Shown here piece by piece: positions 8,753-18,268 of a DNA stretch of 64,000 bases. This DNA is from a virus, in IMG/VR virus record IMGVR_UViG_3300035670_000035, positions 72,132 through 136,131 of that record; one strand, written 5' to 3'. The position numbers and the translations under genes were made by a program. A model generated the notes under the pieces. That model saw nothing but the letters and a program-made list of their open reading frames with translations. It was not told the DNA's origin and did no database searches. Position 1 is the first letter of the stretch. Every line of letters begins with the position of its first letter.

Positions 8753-9937
8753 ATGCACCTAATAGAATCATATGCAACATCTTCTGGTCTAAAAATAGGA
8801 AAACCATTTATTCTAGAATCCTATTTTCCTTTGCCTTTTGAAAAGTATATATCTTTTCAGCCTTTTAGCAAATATCCAGCTAAGGATTATGATTATTGGC
8901 AGGAAGTGATTAATTTAATATTACCACATTTAAAAGCATACAATATCGAAATTGTTCAAATTGGTGGCGAAAAAGAAAAAATTTTAGAAAATACATATAA
9001 TACAGTTGGTCAAACTAATATAAGGCAAGCTGCATATATTATTAAAAATAGTATCATTCATGTTGGTACAGATAGTTTTGGAGCGCATATTGCTTCTGGT
9101 TTTGGTAAAAAAATAGTAGCTTTATATAGTAATAATAATATTAATAATGTTAAACCATATTGGACAAAAGAAGAAGATATGGTTTTACTTTCACCAGAAC
9201 TTGAATGTAAACCTAGTTATGCTGCCCAAGAAAACCCTAAAAGTATTAATAATATAAAACCAGAAAAAATTGCACAAGCCATTTTAAAACTTCTAAAAAT
9301 TAAAAATAATTTAAATACATTAGAAACGATTTATGTTGGTAAAGTTTTTAATAATAAACTTTTTCATATTGTTCCAGATCATATAGTTCAGAGATCTAGT
9401 CTAATAGACCATTGCGTTTCTAGAATGGATATATTATTCAATGAAAATAATTTAAGAAATCAATTAAAAATAATGCCATGTATTATCGCCACGAATAGAC
9501 CAATAGATATAAATATATTACTAGAAAATAGGACTCATGTAATAGGCATAAATTGTTTTATAGAAGATGAAACTAATCTTGAATTCATTAAACAATTAAA
9601 AAATGCTAATATTAAATATCAATTATACTCTTATCTTTCAGAAGAAGACTTAAATAAATATAAATTAGATTATTTAGATTATGGTATAATTGCTAAGATT
9701 AATCTTCAACATCCAAAAGTAGAGGAAATTATTAACAAATATAAATCTAATAATTTATATTATAAATCAAATAACCTAATTCTTAGTAAAGGTAATGTAT
9801 TTCTAAGCGAAAAAGCTTTTTTTGATAATAAACCAGTTAATTCAATTAATGAAAATATGCAGGAATTTTATGATATTAAAATAATAAATGAGAATCCTGA
9901 AAAGTTTTATATCTTTAATATGAACTTGACACAATAA
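8753..9937 (+). CDS. GT9 (heptosyltransferase-like) C-terminal half plus unknown domain
   Basis: KDYDYWQEV, IVQIGG, TNIRQAAYII, HVGTDSFGAHIASGFGKKIVALY. Confidence 0.7.
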   Translation: MHLIESYATSSGLKIGKPFILESYFPLPFEKYISFQPFSKYPAKDYDYWQEVINLILPHLKAYNIEIVQIGGEKEKILENTYNTVGQTNIRQAAYIIKNSIIHVGTDSFGAHIASGFGKKIVALYSNNNINNVKPYWTKEEDMVLLSPELECKPSYAAQENPKSINNIKPEKIAQAILKLLKIKNNLNTLETIYVGKVFNNKLFHIVPDHIVQRSSLIDHCVSRMDILFNENNLRNQLKIMPCIIATNRPIDINILLENRTHVIGINCFIEDETNLEFIKQLKNANIKYQLYSYLSEEDLNKYKLDYLDYGIIAKINLQHPKVEEIINKYKSNNLYYKSNNLILSKGNVFLSEKAFFDNKPVNSINENMQEFYDIKIINENPEKFYIFNMNLTQ

Positions 9938-9954
9938 ATAAAGTATATTATACT
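9926..9954 (+). promoter_or_regulatory. sigma70-type promoter, near-leaderless
   Basis: TTGACA (9926-9931), 17 nt, TATACT (9949-9954); ATG 9 nt later. Confidence 0.8.
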
Positions 9955-9963
9955 ATACTTAAT

Positions 9964-10743
9964 ATGGAAAATACAGAATCTACCATCATCCAACCAAATA
10001 TTAAATTTATTGAAGAAGTTCTAGAGCCAGAACCGCTAAATAAGCCACCAAAAGTATCTACAAGAAATAAATATGGTCTTATTGAAGATGAAGGCGTAAA
10101 GTACATCTACAATGATGATGGAACCATAAATTGGCGTAAAATGGTCAAAACAGAATACCTTGTTCCAAATAGACAAAAAACTCAAGAGACGGATGTTTCA
10201 AAACTCGAAGATAAAGACCTGTTGATTCTTCTTGGTGGTATTAAAGAGCTTGCTCAAATTCGTGGTTATACTAGTGTCGAATATAAAGTCGTGGCCGCTT
10301 CGGAAGGATATTTTGCTACATCATGTAAGATAAAATGGATTCCCAACTATGAAACTAATGGTAGAGTTATTGAATTTGAAGCTCTTGCTGATGCTACAGT
10401 AAATAATACAAAATCATTTGCTAGATTTTTCTTAGCAGCAATTGCAGAAAATAGAGCTTTTGTAAGATGTGTTCGTAACTTTTTAAAAATAAATATTGTA
10501 TCTCAAGAAGAATTAGGCGATGCAAAACTTTTAGACGAAGGTACTGTTATTCAAGATAACCCAACTTCTCCACATGTTCTTTTAGAAAAAGTTATGAAAG
10601 ATAAAAATATATCTTTTGATATATTAAAAAATAAACTAATAAAAGAAAAATTTGATAATGCAGAAAATTTAAATAATATTAATGATATTCCCAAGGCAAA
10701 AATTTTTGAGCTTATTGATAGGCTTAAAAAATTTAACAAGTAG
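9964..10743 (+). CDS. Rad52/Sak-like single-strand annealing protein
   Basis: LLGGIKELA, alternating beta strands, AIAENRAFVRCVRNFLKINIVSQEEL matches the AExRAxxRAxR...G/N...EE signature of Rad52-like SSAPs. Confidence 0.6.
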   Translation: MENTESTIIQPNIKFIEEVLEPEPLNKPPKVSTRNKYGLIEDEGVKYIYNDDGTINWRKMVKTEYLVPNRQKTQETDVSKLEDKDLLILLGGIKELAQIRGYTSVEYKVVAASEGYFATSCKIKWIPNYETNGRVIEFEALADATVNNTKSFARFFLAAIAENRAFVRCVRNFLKINIVSQEELGDAKLLDEGTVIQDNPTSPHVLLEKVMKDKNISFDILKNKLIKEKFDNAENLNNINDIPKAKIFELIDRLKKFNK

Positions 10744-12106
10744 AAGCAGCTTGTGTGGAATTAGCCTTGGATTTCGTAGAGCCAATATCTCCAGCACCTA
10801 AATTAAAAGCCGAATCTTTACCTAAAAGTTTACATCCGCCAAATAGCTGTGGTAATATATTATACGAAGCCATTCTTAATATTAACTCCATTGAAGATAA
10901 GTCATTAGGAAGAGCTATATTATAAGCTGTTGTTGGTACGCCAAAAAGATCTAAAGCTCCTGTATATGGAACTCCATTAGATTTAATACCTAGGGTACTC
11001 ATAACCGTATCTTGAATTATAATTTTAGGATAATATAAAAAAGCTTTTTTTGATCTACAAATATAAGGTCCAAATATTGATTTTTCTTTCTGTGGATTTG
11101 GATATCCCTTTTGACGCGTACCAGATACAATTGTTTTATAATCAGAAAAGTCAATATGTACAGAAATTGGTCTAAGAATACTATTTATTTGAACTTTTAA
11201 TTTATCTAATATCGCTTTTTCTCTCTCTTGGGATCTTAAAATAAAAGCTTTATCAGAATATTTTGATGAAAGTTTATTTAATTGATCATATTTTATAGTA
11301 CTATTTGCTTTTAAAGTTTCTATAAACATTTCTATATTTTCTTTTTCAATATTCTTAAATATGCTTGATGTAAATCCACCTCCACCATTAAACTGATATT
11401 TACTTAAAATTGTATCATAACTGGAAGTACCTGTAACTTTTTTAAAACCAGATTCACTAGAAAGATTTATTAATTGATCTTTTTGTATTTTTGCTTCGAT
11501 CTTATCTTCTTTTTGTTCAGTAGGAACGAAAGGATGTTTTCTTTTTACTATTTCTGATAAAATTGTCCTTTCTTTATTTGCTAAATCTTTCTTTTCATAT
11601 GTATAATAATCTGTATAACCCATTTTAGGTATTTGAGCTTTGATAACAGAACTAAAAAGCTGATCTACAACAACTTGTAATGTAAGCGATATAGATATTG
11701 CCGCTAAAAGGGCAAGCAACCCAGTATATCCACCAGTTATTAACATAATCATAAAAGGATCAACTGTATATGGTCTAGAAACAATATCTATATCTAAGCC
11801 AAAAGAATTATAATACAAATCACTCATCTGAGTTTCTGTAAAAGCAGCTGGCCTAGCAGTGCCTTCGCCATGATCATTTTTATTTCTATCTATTCTTTCT
11901 TTTTCTAATGCAGCTTTAACTTCTGGCAGAATATTTTTATCATTTTGCATCATTGAAGTTGCTCCATTTTTAAAAAATAAATAATGTTGATTTATAGGTA
12001 AGGAGCCAAAATTAGTAACCTTATTTAAGACATTTTTTGGATTGTCCATGCCATATTGAAAATTCCAATTTGCTGAAGCTAATTCACTCATGTTATTAAG
12101 CAGCAC
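10733..12106 (-). CDS. Hypothetical protein, last gene of the structural block
   Basis: 457-aa ORF coupled to the upstream gene; start may be ATG at 12091. Confidence 0.6.
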   Translation of the reverse strand: MLLNNMSELASANWNFQYGMDNPKNVLNKVTNFGSLPINQHYLFFKNGATSMMQNDKNILPEVKAALEKERIDRNKNDHGEGTARPAAFTETQMSDLYYNSFGLDIDIVSRPYTVDPFMIMLITGGYTGLLALLAAISISLTLQVVVDQLFSSVIKAQIPKMGYTDYYTYEKKDLANKERTILSEIVKRKHPFVPTEQKEDKIEAKIQKDQLINLSSESGFKKVTGTSSYDTILSKYQFNGGGGFTSSIFKNIEKENIEMFIETLKANSTIKYDQLNKLSSKYSDKAFILRSQEREKAILDKLKVQINSILRPISVHIDFSDYKTIVSGTRQKGYPNPQKEKSIFGPYICRSKKAFLYYPKIIIQDTVMSTLGIKSNGVPYTGALDLFGVPTTAYNIALPNDLSSMELILRMASYNILPQLFGGCKLLGKDSAFNLGAGDIGSTKSKANSTQAASTC

Positions 12107-12776
12107 CGCTAGGATTATACCAAAAGAATGGATTCATAAAAGGAATTCCGTAAGCAACTGGATTTCCATCATAATTAAAAGTAGTCATCATTATATTATA
12201 GTCTATAGTTTGAACTAATTGATAAAGTTTAGCTTGTTTATTATCTGCACCACCACCAATTAAAACCGTAGTACCAACCTGTGAATCATCTTTTGTTAGA
12301 TATGCAAGGGGAAATATAGCTGCCGTTTGTCTTCTATAAACTATATTACTTTTTAAGTTTCCTTGTTCATCAAATTCTATTGGTGGATTGTATTCGAATG
12401 GCTCTGGATATCCACTCCAAGGATTAGATATATCTGATACTATAATGTCCGCACTATTAGCATATAAATTTGGTCCGATTCCAACTTTTAAATAAATAAT
12501 ATGACTATCTTTATCTTCTGAAAGTTCTAGTTCTGTACCTAAATTATTAATAATATGCCCACTAATATTTCCTCCTTCAAAACTTTCTATTGTAGATTTT
12601 GTATTATCATCTAAAAAGCCACTCCATATCATCATATCTTTTAAATTAAAAGATCTATATATTACAGATCTTGGCTCTACAATTGCATAAGTTTTATTAT
12701 CTTTTTTTACTATTGTTACTTCAAATGGCCTAAAATTATTAGAAGTTGTAGTTGTTATAGATTTAAATATTTGCAT
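12096..12776 (-). CDS. Hypothetical tail-tip protein
   Basis: Coupled ORF in the tail cluster, beta-rich. Confidence 0.5.
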   Translation of the reverse strand: MQIFKSITTTTSNNFRPFEVTIVKKDNKTYAIVEPRSVIYRSFNLKDMMIWSGFLDDNTKSTIESFEGGNISGHIINNLGTELELSEDKDSHIIYLKVGIGPNLYANSADIIVSDISNPWSGYPEPFEYNPPIEFDEQGNLKSNIVYRRQTAAIFPLAYLTKDDSQVGTTVLIGGGADNKQAKLYQLVQTIDYNIMMTTFNYDGNPVAYGIPFMNPFFWYNPSGAA

Positions 12777-14416
12777 TAGGCTACTCCAGTAAATCTTATG
12801 TTTATATTTTCTGCATCATTTAATGATATTTTTAATTCAGCTATATCATCAAAAATTCTATTATTAGGATTAGAATATTCGACTTGAATATTATATAGAT
12901 TAATAATAGGATCATCTATAAAATTACTTATATATTTAATTCCAGTTGTAGAAGTATATTCGGGAAATGCATTTGCTATAATGTAAGATATATTATTATC
13001 CGAAACATAAAGCCTCCAGACATCTTCGAATTTCTTCAATCCTAAAACGCCAGTTAAATTTCCTGTAACAAAATTTGAATATCCAGTTGTCATTAATCCA
13101 GTAGCTAATACAATTGAATAAACATTACCACTAAATATACCAGTTGGCGTTAATGGTGCATAATAAGTTATTCCGCTTTGTAAAAAGTCTGGGGCATCAA
13201 AAAATGGTCTTGTTGGACTTCCAAATGATTCTACAGATATTAAATTACCACTTTCTCCAGAAGTTGCAGAAACAATTTTTAATTTTCCACCAGCAATTTC
13301 TGAAGTTATTCCATATGATGTGGTTCCAGAATTAATAATATTATTTAAAGTATTTAAAGAATCAAAATATAGAGGAGGCCTAAATAATGGACCCGTACTA
13401 AAAGTAAACGTACTTAAAACATCTAAATTTGGATTTGTTATATTTATAAAATCAAATTCTTCTGGATCATTTAGATTTAAGAAGTTAAATGAATTAGTAA
13501 ATCCAGTACCAAATCCTTGATTTGCAGATAGTACGTTTCCAGTGACTATTTGATTAAAGATATAAATTCCACTATTAATCTCTAAAACTTGCCCAGTTAA
13601 TCTTCCTGTTAATTGTGAATAACCAATTAGATTTCTTCTTGATAATTCTGCTCCAATTATATTACCGCTTACAATTACATTTTGAGTAGATGAAGCGAAT
13701 CCACTACCTTCACTCATAACTTTATTTAATATAAATATGCCTGGGGGCTCATTAATATTATTTACATTATTTTGAATATTTGTAGCAGAGACAACATTAA
13801 AACCAGTAAACCAAAAACTTTTTGAATTTTCACCCGTAGTTGTATCTCCGCTCACAGTATAATTAAAATTTTTATAGAATGTTACTATGGACGTATCTGG
13901 ATCATAGAAGTTATCTTTTAGAAGTATTGAGCCAGTATAAACTCCAGTATATCTATTGTCTCTATAAGTAATTGGAGAGTTTACATAACCAGTAGTCGCT
14001 CCATCACTAGACACGATTTCTAAATTTTCATTTATTGGATAAACTTGTCTATTTTTTTGATCATAAAAAATTTGTCCACCAGAGAAAAATCCTGTATGAT
14101 AACCTTGTGCAACATATATTCCAGAAGAATTAGTTGGACCTTCATCAACAAATTCTGCTATTCCTGTAATTTTTGGATATAAATCTCCAGAATAAAATGA
14201 ATCATACATAGTATCTACGCCACTTAAAATAATATTATTCGGATCATATTTACCATAAACGTCATAATCAGAAAAAAGAGTAATATTATAAATCTTTATA
14301 GTATTTAAAGGAACAGATTTAAAACTAATTTTTTTATTACTTAATTCTTTTAAAACTTCTGGCTCCATTGGAGCTGTCCTAAATCCAGTCATAAATATTC
14401 TTGCGTATTTAGCCAT
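12776..14416 (-). CDS. Tail-tip/fibre protein, [ST]G-rich
   Basis: Dense TG/SG motifs; preceded by late motif and AAGG leader. Confidence 0.55.
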   Translation of the reverse strand: MAKYARIFMTGFRTAPMEPEVLKELSNKKISFKSVPLNTIKIYNITLFSDYDVYGKYDPNNIILSGVDTMYDSFYSGDLYPKITGIAEFVDEGPTNSSGIYVAQGYHTGFFSGGQIFYDQKNRQVYPINENLEIVSSDGATTGYVNSPITYRDNRYTGVYTGSILLKDNFYDPDTSIVTFYKNFNYTVSGDTTTGENSKSFWFTGFNVVSATNIQNNVNNINEPPGIFILNKVMSEGSGFASSTQNVIVSGNIIGAELSRRNLIGYSQLTGRLTGQVLEINSGIYIFNQIVTGNVLSANQGFGTGFTNSFNFLNLNDPEEFDFINITNPNLDVLSTFTFSTGPLFRPPLYFDSLNTLNNIINSGTTSYGITSEIAGGKLKIVSATSGESGNLISVESFGSPTRPFFDAPDFLQSGITYYAPLTPTGIFSGNVYSIVLATGLMTTGYSNFVTGNLTGVLGLKKFEDVWRLYVSDNNISYIIANAFPEYTSTTGIKYISNFIDDPIINLYNIQVEYSNPNNRIFDDIAELKISLNDAENINIRFTGVA

Positions 14417-14445
14417 TTTCCTTATACCTTTAAATATATTACACT
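14417..14445 (-). promoter_or_regulatory. Putative late promoter plus tandem AAGG leader
   Basis: Minus strand AGTGTAA-N7-AAAGGT-ATAAGGA-AA-ATG. Confidence 0.65.
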
Positions 14446-15299
14446 GTTAATTTAATTAAATTTTTATATATATTAGGATATTTAATATTTATAACATTTA
14501 GAATTTTATCTAAATATTTATCTCTGTGTTCTTTAGAGCTTAAATGAGCAAAAGTCATTATTTTACTATCTTTTTCTTTTTCGGTTTCATATATACTATA
14601 AGTTTTTAAATTATGATATTTTGCATAAAATGATAAGAATAATTGCTCTGGTATCGTGGGTAAATAAATACTATTATACAAATAAGAAATATTTTTATAA
14701 AATTTATTAAAAAATTCAAATAATAATAAAGACTTTTCGGCGTAATCTTTTGCGTACTTTGAGTTTTTAAAACCTATAATAGAACAATTATATGCTTTAA
14801 AAGAATATGCTTCATTCTCATTTTTAAGATTTAAATTTTTATCATAAAAACTATCAACTAAATAATCCCATTCTAAAATTAAGTTCTTGGGAACACTTTG
14901 AGCAAAAATTTTTAAAAGCTCACCACAATACCATTTTCTTTCTTCTATAATTTCGTCATGCGTATAGATTAAATCATTTTGATCTAAAAGATTCGATAAA
15001 TCTTTAAAGAGAAAAACATCATGATCAATAATTATTTCATCATTCATTTTCTCAAATGTTTTCATTTTAGAAGAGCTCCAATAATTTCTGTACTTATCGT
15101 CGTGATTAATTTCTATAAAATTATCATAATTTAAACCTAAATTTTTACATTTATTAATATGTTCTAAATTTGAATATAGATTTATTTTTAATTTTTTTTC
15201 TTTTATCAAAAGAAAAGAAAATATCTGGTAAACAAAAAAAATAATATCTGCTCTATTATATTTTAAATTATTTGGCAAAAAAGAATGAGCATAAATCAT
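14439..15299 (-). CDS. Nucleotide-sugar transferase-like protein (DUF6734-like)
   Basis: YWSSSKMKTF..IIIDHDVFLFK (DxD), YNCSIIG, PEQLFL. Confidence 0.55.
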   Translation of the reverse strand: MIYAHSFLPNNLKYNRADIIFFVYQIFSFLLIKEKKLKINLYSNLEHINKCKNLGLNYDNFIEINHDDKYRNYWSSSKMKTFEKMNDEIIIDHDVFLFKDLSNLLDQNDLIYTHDEIIEERKWYCGELLKIFAQSVPKNLILEWDYLVDSFYDKNLNLKNENEAYSFKAYNCSIIGFKNSKYAKDYAEKSLLLFEFFNKFYKNISYLYNSIYLPTIPEQLFLSFYAKYHNLKTYSIYETEKEKDSKIMTFAHLSSKEHRDKYLDKILNVINIKYPNIYKNLIKLTV

Positions 15300-15301
15300 A
15301 T

Positions 15302-18250
15302 TTATTTTTTAGATTTTAATATATCCAAAAAGTTCTGTATTTCTTCTTCATTTATATTTTCATCACTAAAAAAGTCTACGTTAATATCAGGATTTTCAAT
15401 TTGAAAATCTAATAATTTTTCTAAATTTTGTAAGGTTTGAGGTTTATAATTACAATCACTAGAGCAGTACTCAATTAAACAATTAATTCGCAGTTCTATG
15501 CAATTTGAATTTGAAAATGACAGAATTTCTCTTTTACAATAGTCACAAGGTGCAAAACAAGGGCATGGTCGTAAATAATCGTATAGGGATTGAGGAATGA
15601 AATCACGACAACTGCATGATCTTAGTTCTTTACATCTTTCACATGTATATGTTTCATTTGGACAAGCGCTTCCTGGGCCATCGCCTGGAACAGCATAACT
15701 TTCACAACGATATCGCTTTGGAGGTGGACCACATAGATTTGGCCAACACCCAAATTGTTTAAAAGTACCAGAACCACTACATTTTTGACATGGGCCTGGA
15801 CCACTTGTAGGGCCTGGACCACTTGAGGCTGGTGAACCGGATCCTGGAAGTACTCCACCAGGTTTCCAAGGTGGAGGTGGTGGTGGTTGTGGAGGAGGTG
15901 GAGGAGCTGGTGGTGGAGGTGGTGGTGGAGGTGGTGGTGGAGGTGGTGGTGGAGGTGGTGGTGGAGGTGGTGGTGGAGGTGGTGGTATAGGTGGTGGAGG
16001 TGGTGGTGGTATAGGTGGTGGAGGTGGTGGAGGAGCAGGTGGTGGTGGAGGAGATGATGGGCCAGTTGGATTTGTAAAAACAGGTGCGTCACCAACAACA
16101 ATAACATCACTTTGAGCAGAGCCATTATTATTTATTATTGTTATTGGACCAGATGTTGCTCCAATTGGAACAGTAAAAGTGATTCCTGTATTTGAACAAC
16201 TTATAATTTCTGTAGCCAGAATACCATTAAAATAAACTTGAGATCCACACCCAAGATTTTCGCCAATTACAGTAATTCTATCACCAATATTTACTCTATC
16301 AGGCCAAACATCATATATTATTGGTTCAGTACTAACAATTGTGACTCTAAAACTAAGAGCACTTTCTACTGGAGAATATCCAGCAACTGTTACAGAGATT
16401 TTTCCAGTAGTAGTTCCAGCCGCAACTGTAGCTGTAATTAAAGTTCTAGCGCTATTTACAGAAACGCTTGTGGCATTTACTCCATTAAATTTAACAGTAG
16501 GATTAGATCCAAAATTTCTACCAATTATTGTTACAATTGTTCCGATTGGTCCCCATTTTGGAGTAAAATTATTTATAACGGGAAATGGACTGATACTATC
16601 GCAAGTAGAGCAAAGAGATCCATTTGTATACAATTCTCTTGCTAAGTTATTATTTGGGCAAACAATTTGATTACTAGAAAATAGACCAAAATCTTCACAA
16701 GTTGATGATTCATCCCAACGAAAAGATGGAGACTTTCCACTACATGCATAACAATATAAATCATATACCCTAATTGGAGTTACAACACTAGTATTAAAAT
16801 CGCAAGGTAAATCATAATCAGAAGAATATTTATAATTTTCGCAAGTTAAAACTCTGTCATTGCCATATAAATATATGCCAACATTTGCCACAGAAGTTCT
16901 ACCCTCTTTATCAGAAAAATAAATATTTTGATAATACCATTTTCCTGTTTCATCATTTATATACCCAGTAATATAATTTAATTTATTTAAACCCAAAGTA
17001 GAATGACTAAAAATACATGATGGATTATTTTCATAATAACCAAAATGTTCTACAGGATAATTAATATAAGTATTTAAATCTGCAGTAAAACGATGTTCTC
17101 TTGTAAATAAAACGTCATCTAAACTTTTTATTGAAGGTATTTGGGAAAAATCTATTTTAAAATCTTCATTTGTAAATATAAAAAATTTTCCACTATTTTC
17201 AAAAGAACTAATAATTAAAATCTTATCATCGTTACTAATAAAAATATTTTGTCCAAAAAAATTAGAATCTGTAGGATTTAAAACTTGATCTGTTATTTGT
17301 TGATTAAAATTCCAGTCATTATTATCATTTTCATATATTACAATTTTTCCAATATTATATGGACCACCAATAAAAATTCTATTTCCAGAAGAATTAAATG
17401 TTAAACTTGCTCCAAGTGTTCTTTCTGAATCTCCAGTAAATGTTTTTTCTAAAGTCCAGTTTGAAGTATTATTTTTATAAATAAACGTTTTGCCATTATT
17501 ATTTTCTGAAAATGGAGCGGAAATACTAATATAATCGCCTTTTTTATCTATAGCTGTACTAAATCCAAAAAAATTGTTACTTGCTTCACTACCCGTTATT
17601 CTTTCATTTAATTGCCAATCTATTCCATCTCCAGTAAATACATAAAATGCCCCACTGTTCTCATTCTCACCAATGGCACTAACAACTAATTTATTACCAC
17701 TTTCATCTATACTTATAGACGAACCAAAAGCTCCACTAGTAGTTAAATCTCCAGTAATTATTTTATGATAATTAAAATCATATCCTGTGCCAGTAAAAAT
17801 ATAAACTGCCCCTGCGTTAATAACATCATGTGAAGAATCGTATGGTGCAGAAACAAAACCTATATTTCCACTACTATTGAGCAAAGTTTTAACACCAAAT
17901 AAATCTGAAGCATTTGGATAGCCCGTAATTCTTTTTATTAAGTTCCAATTATTATTATATTTATTAAATAAATATGCCCCATTTGCACCAGGAGCACCTA
18001 TTAAAGCAGTATCTCCAGTTTTATTTAAACTTATGTAAAATCCAAAAGAATCATAATTACCACTTATTTTTTCTTTAAATTTAAATTTATTATCAATATT
18101 CTCATAAATATGAACATACCCTCTTAAATCATCTCCAGGATGTCCTATAAATAGATATTTATTATCATTATCCATCGATAATCCTTCACCAAAAATTGGA
18201 TAATTATTATTTGGATTATCTATTTGTTGGATTAATGAATAATATTTCAT
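15302..18250 (-). CDS. Adhesin-like tail protein: 7 FG-GAP repeats, 2 IPT/TIG domains, poly-Pro, Cys-rich tail
   Basis: Seven FG..(I/V)(G/S)AP..G..Y(I/V)(Y/F) repeats; NFTPKWGPIGTIVTIIGRNF and VWPDRVNIGDRITVIGENL (IPT); polyproline run; 18 Cys near the C-terminus. Confidence 0.8.
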   Translation of the reverse strand: MKYYSLIQQIDNPNNNYPIFGEGLSMDNDNKYLFIGHPGDDLRGYVHIYENIDNKFKFKEKISGNYDSFGFYISLNKTGDTALIGAPGANGAYLFNKYNNNWNLIKRITGYPNASDLFGVKTLLNSSGNIGFVSAPYDSSHDVINAGAVYIFTGTGYDFNYHKIITGDLTTSGAFGSSISIDESGNKLVVSAIGENENSGAFYVFTGDGIDWQLNERITGSEASNNFFGFSTAIDKKGDYISISAPFSENNNGKTFIYKNNTSNWTLEKTFTGDSERTLGASLTFNSSGNRIFIGGPYNIGKIVIYENDNNDWNFNQQITDQVLNPTDSNFFGQNIFISNDDKILIISSFENSGKFFIFTNEDFKIDFSQIPSIKSLDDVLFTREHRFTADLNTYINYPVEHFGYYENNPSCIFSHSTLGLNKLNYITGYINDETGKWYYQNIYFSDKEGRTSVANVGIYLYGNDRVLTCENYKYSSDYDLPCDFNTSVVTPIRVYDLYCYACSGKSPSFRWDESSTCEDFGLFSSNQIVCPNNNLARELYTNGSLCSTCDSISPFPVINNFTPKWGPIGTIVTIIGRNFGSNPTVKFNGVNATSVSVNSARTLITATVAAGTTTGKISVTVAGYSPVESALSFRVTIVSTEPIIYDVWPDRVNIGDRITVIGENLGCGSQVYFNGILATEIISCSNTGITFTVPIGATSGPITIINNNGSAQSDVIVVGDAPVFTNPTGPSSPPPPPAPPPPPPPIPPPPPPPIPPPPPPPPPPPPPPPPPPPPPPPPPPAPPPPPQPPPPPPWKPGGVLPGSGSPASSGPGPTSGPGPCQKCSGSGTFKQFGCWPNLCGPPPKRYRCESYAVPGDGPGSACPNETYTCERCKELRSCSCRDFIPQSLYDYLRPCPCFAPCDYCKREILSFSNSNCIELRINCLIEYCSSDCNYKPQTLQNLEKLLDFQIENPDINVDFFSDENINEEEIQNFLDILKSKK
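15869..16051 (-). repeat. Polyproline-coding triplet repeat (CCA/CCT)n
   Basis: About 61 codons, about 56 Pro; GGT/GGA runs on the + strand; far more GC-rich than its surroundings. Confidence 0.95.
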
Positions 18251-18259
18251 TATTGTAAA

Positions 18260-18266
18260 TTACACC
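18260..18266 (-). promoter_or_regulatory. Putative late promoter
   Basis: GGTGTAA 9 nt upstream of ATG 18250; no SD. Confidence 0.55.
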
Positions 18267-18268
18267 TT

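Noticed and set aside
10733-10743. Bidirectional terminator at the convergent junction
   Set aside because: The two ORFs overlap by 11 nt and no convincing stem-loop with a U tract was seen
15622-16125. His/Leu-rich 167-aa ORF
   Set aside because: Alternative-frame shadow of the polyproline triplet tract
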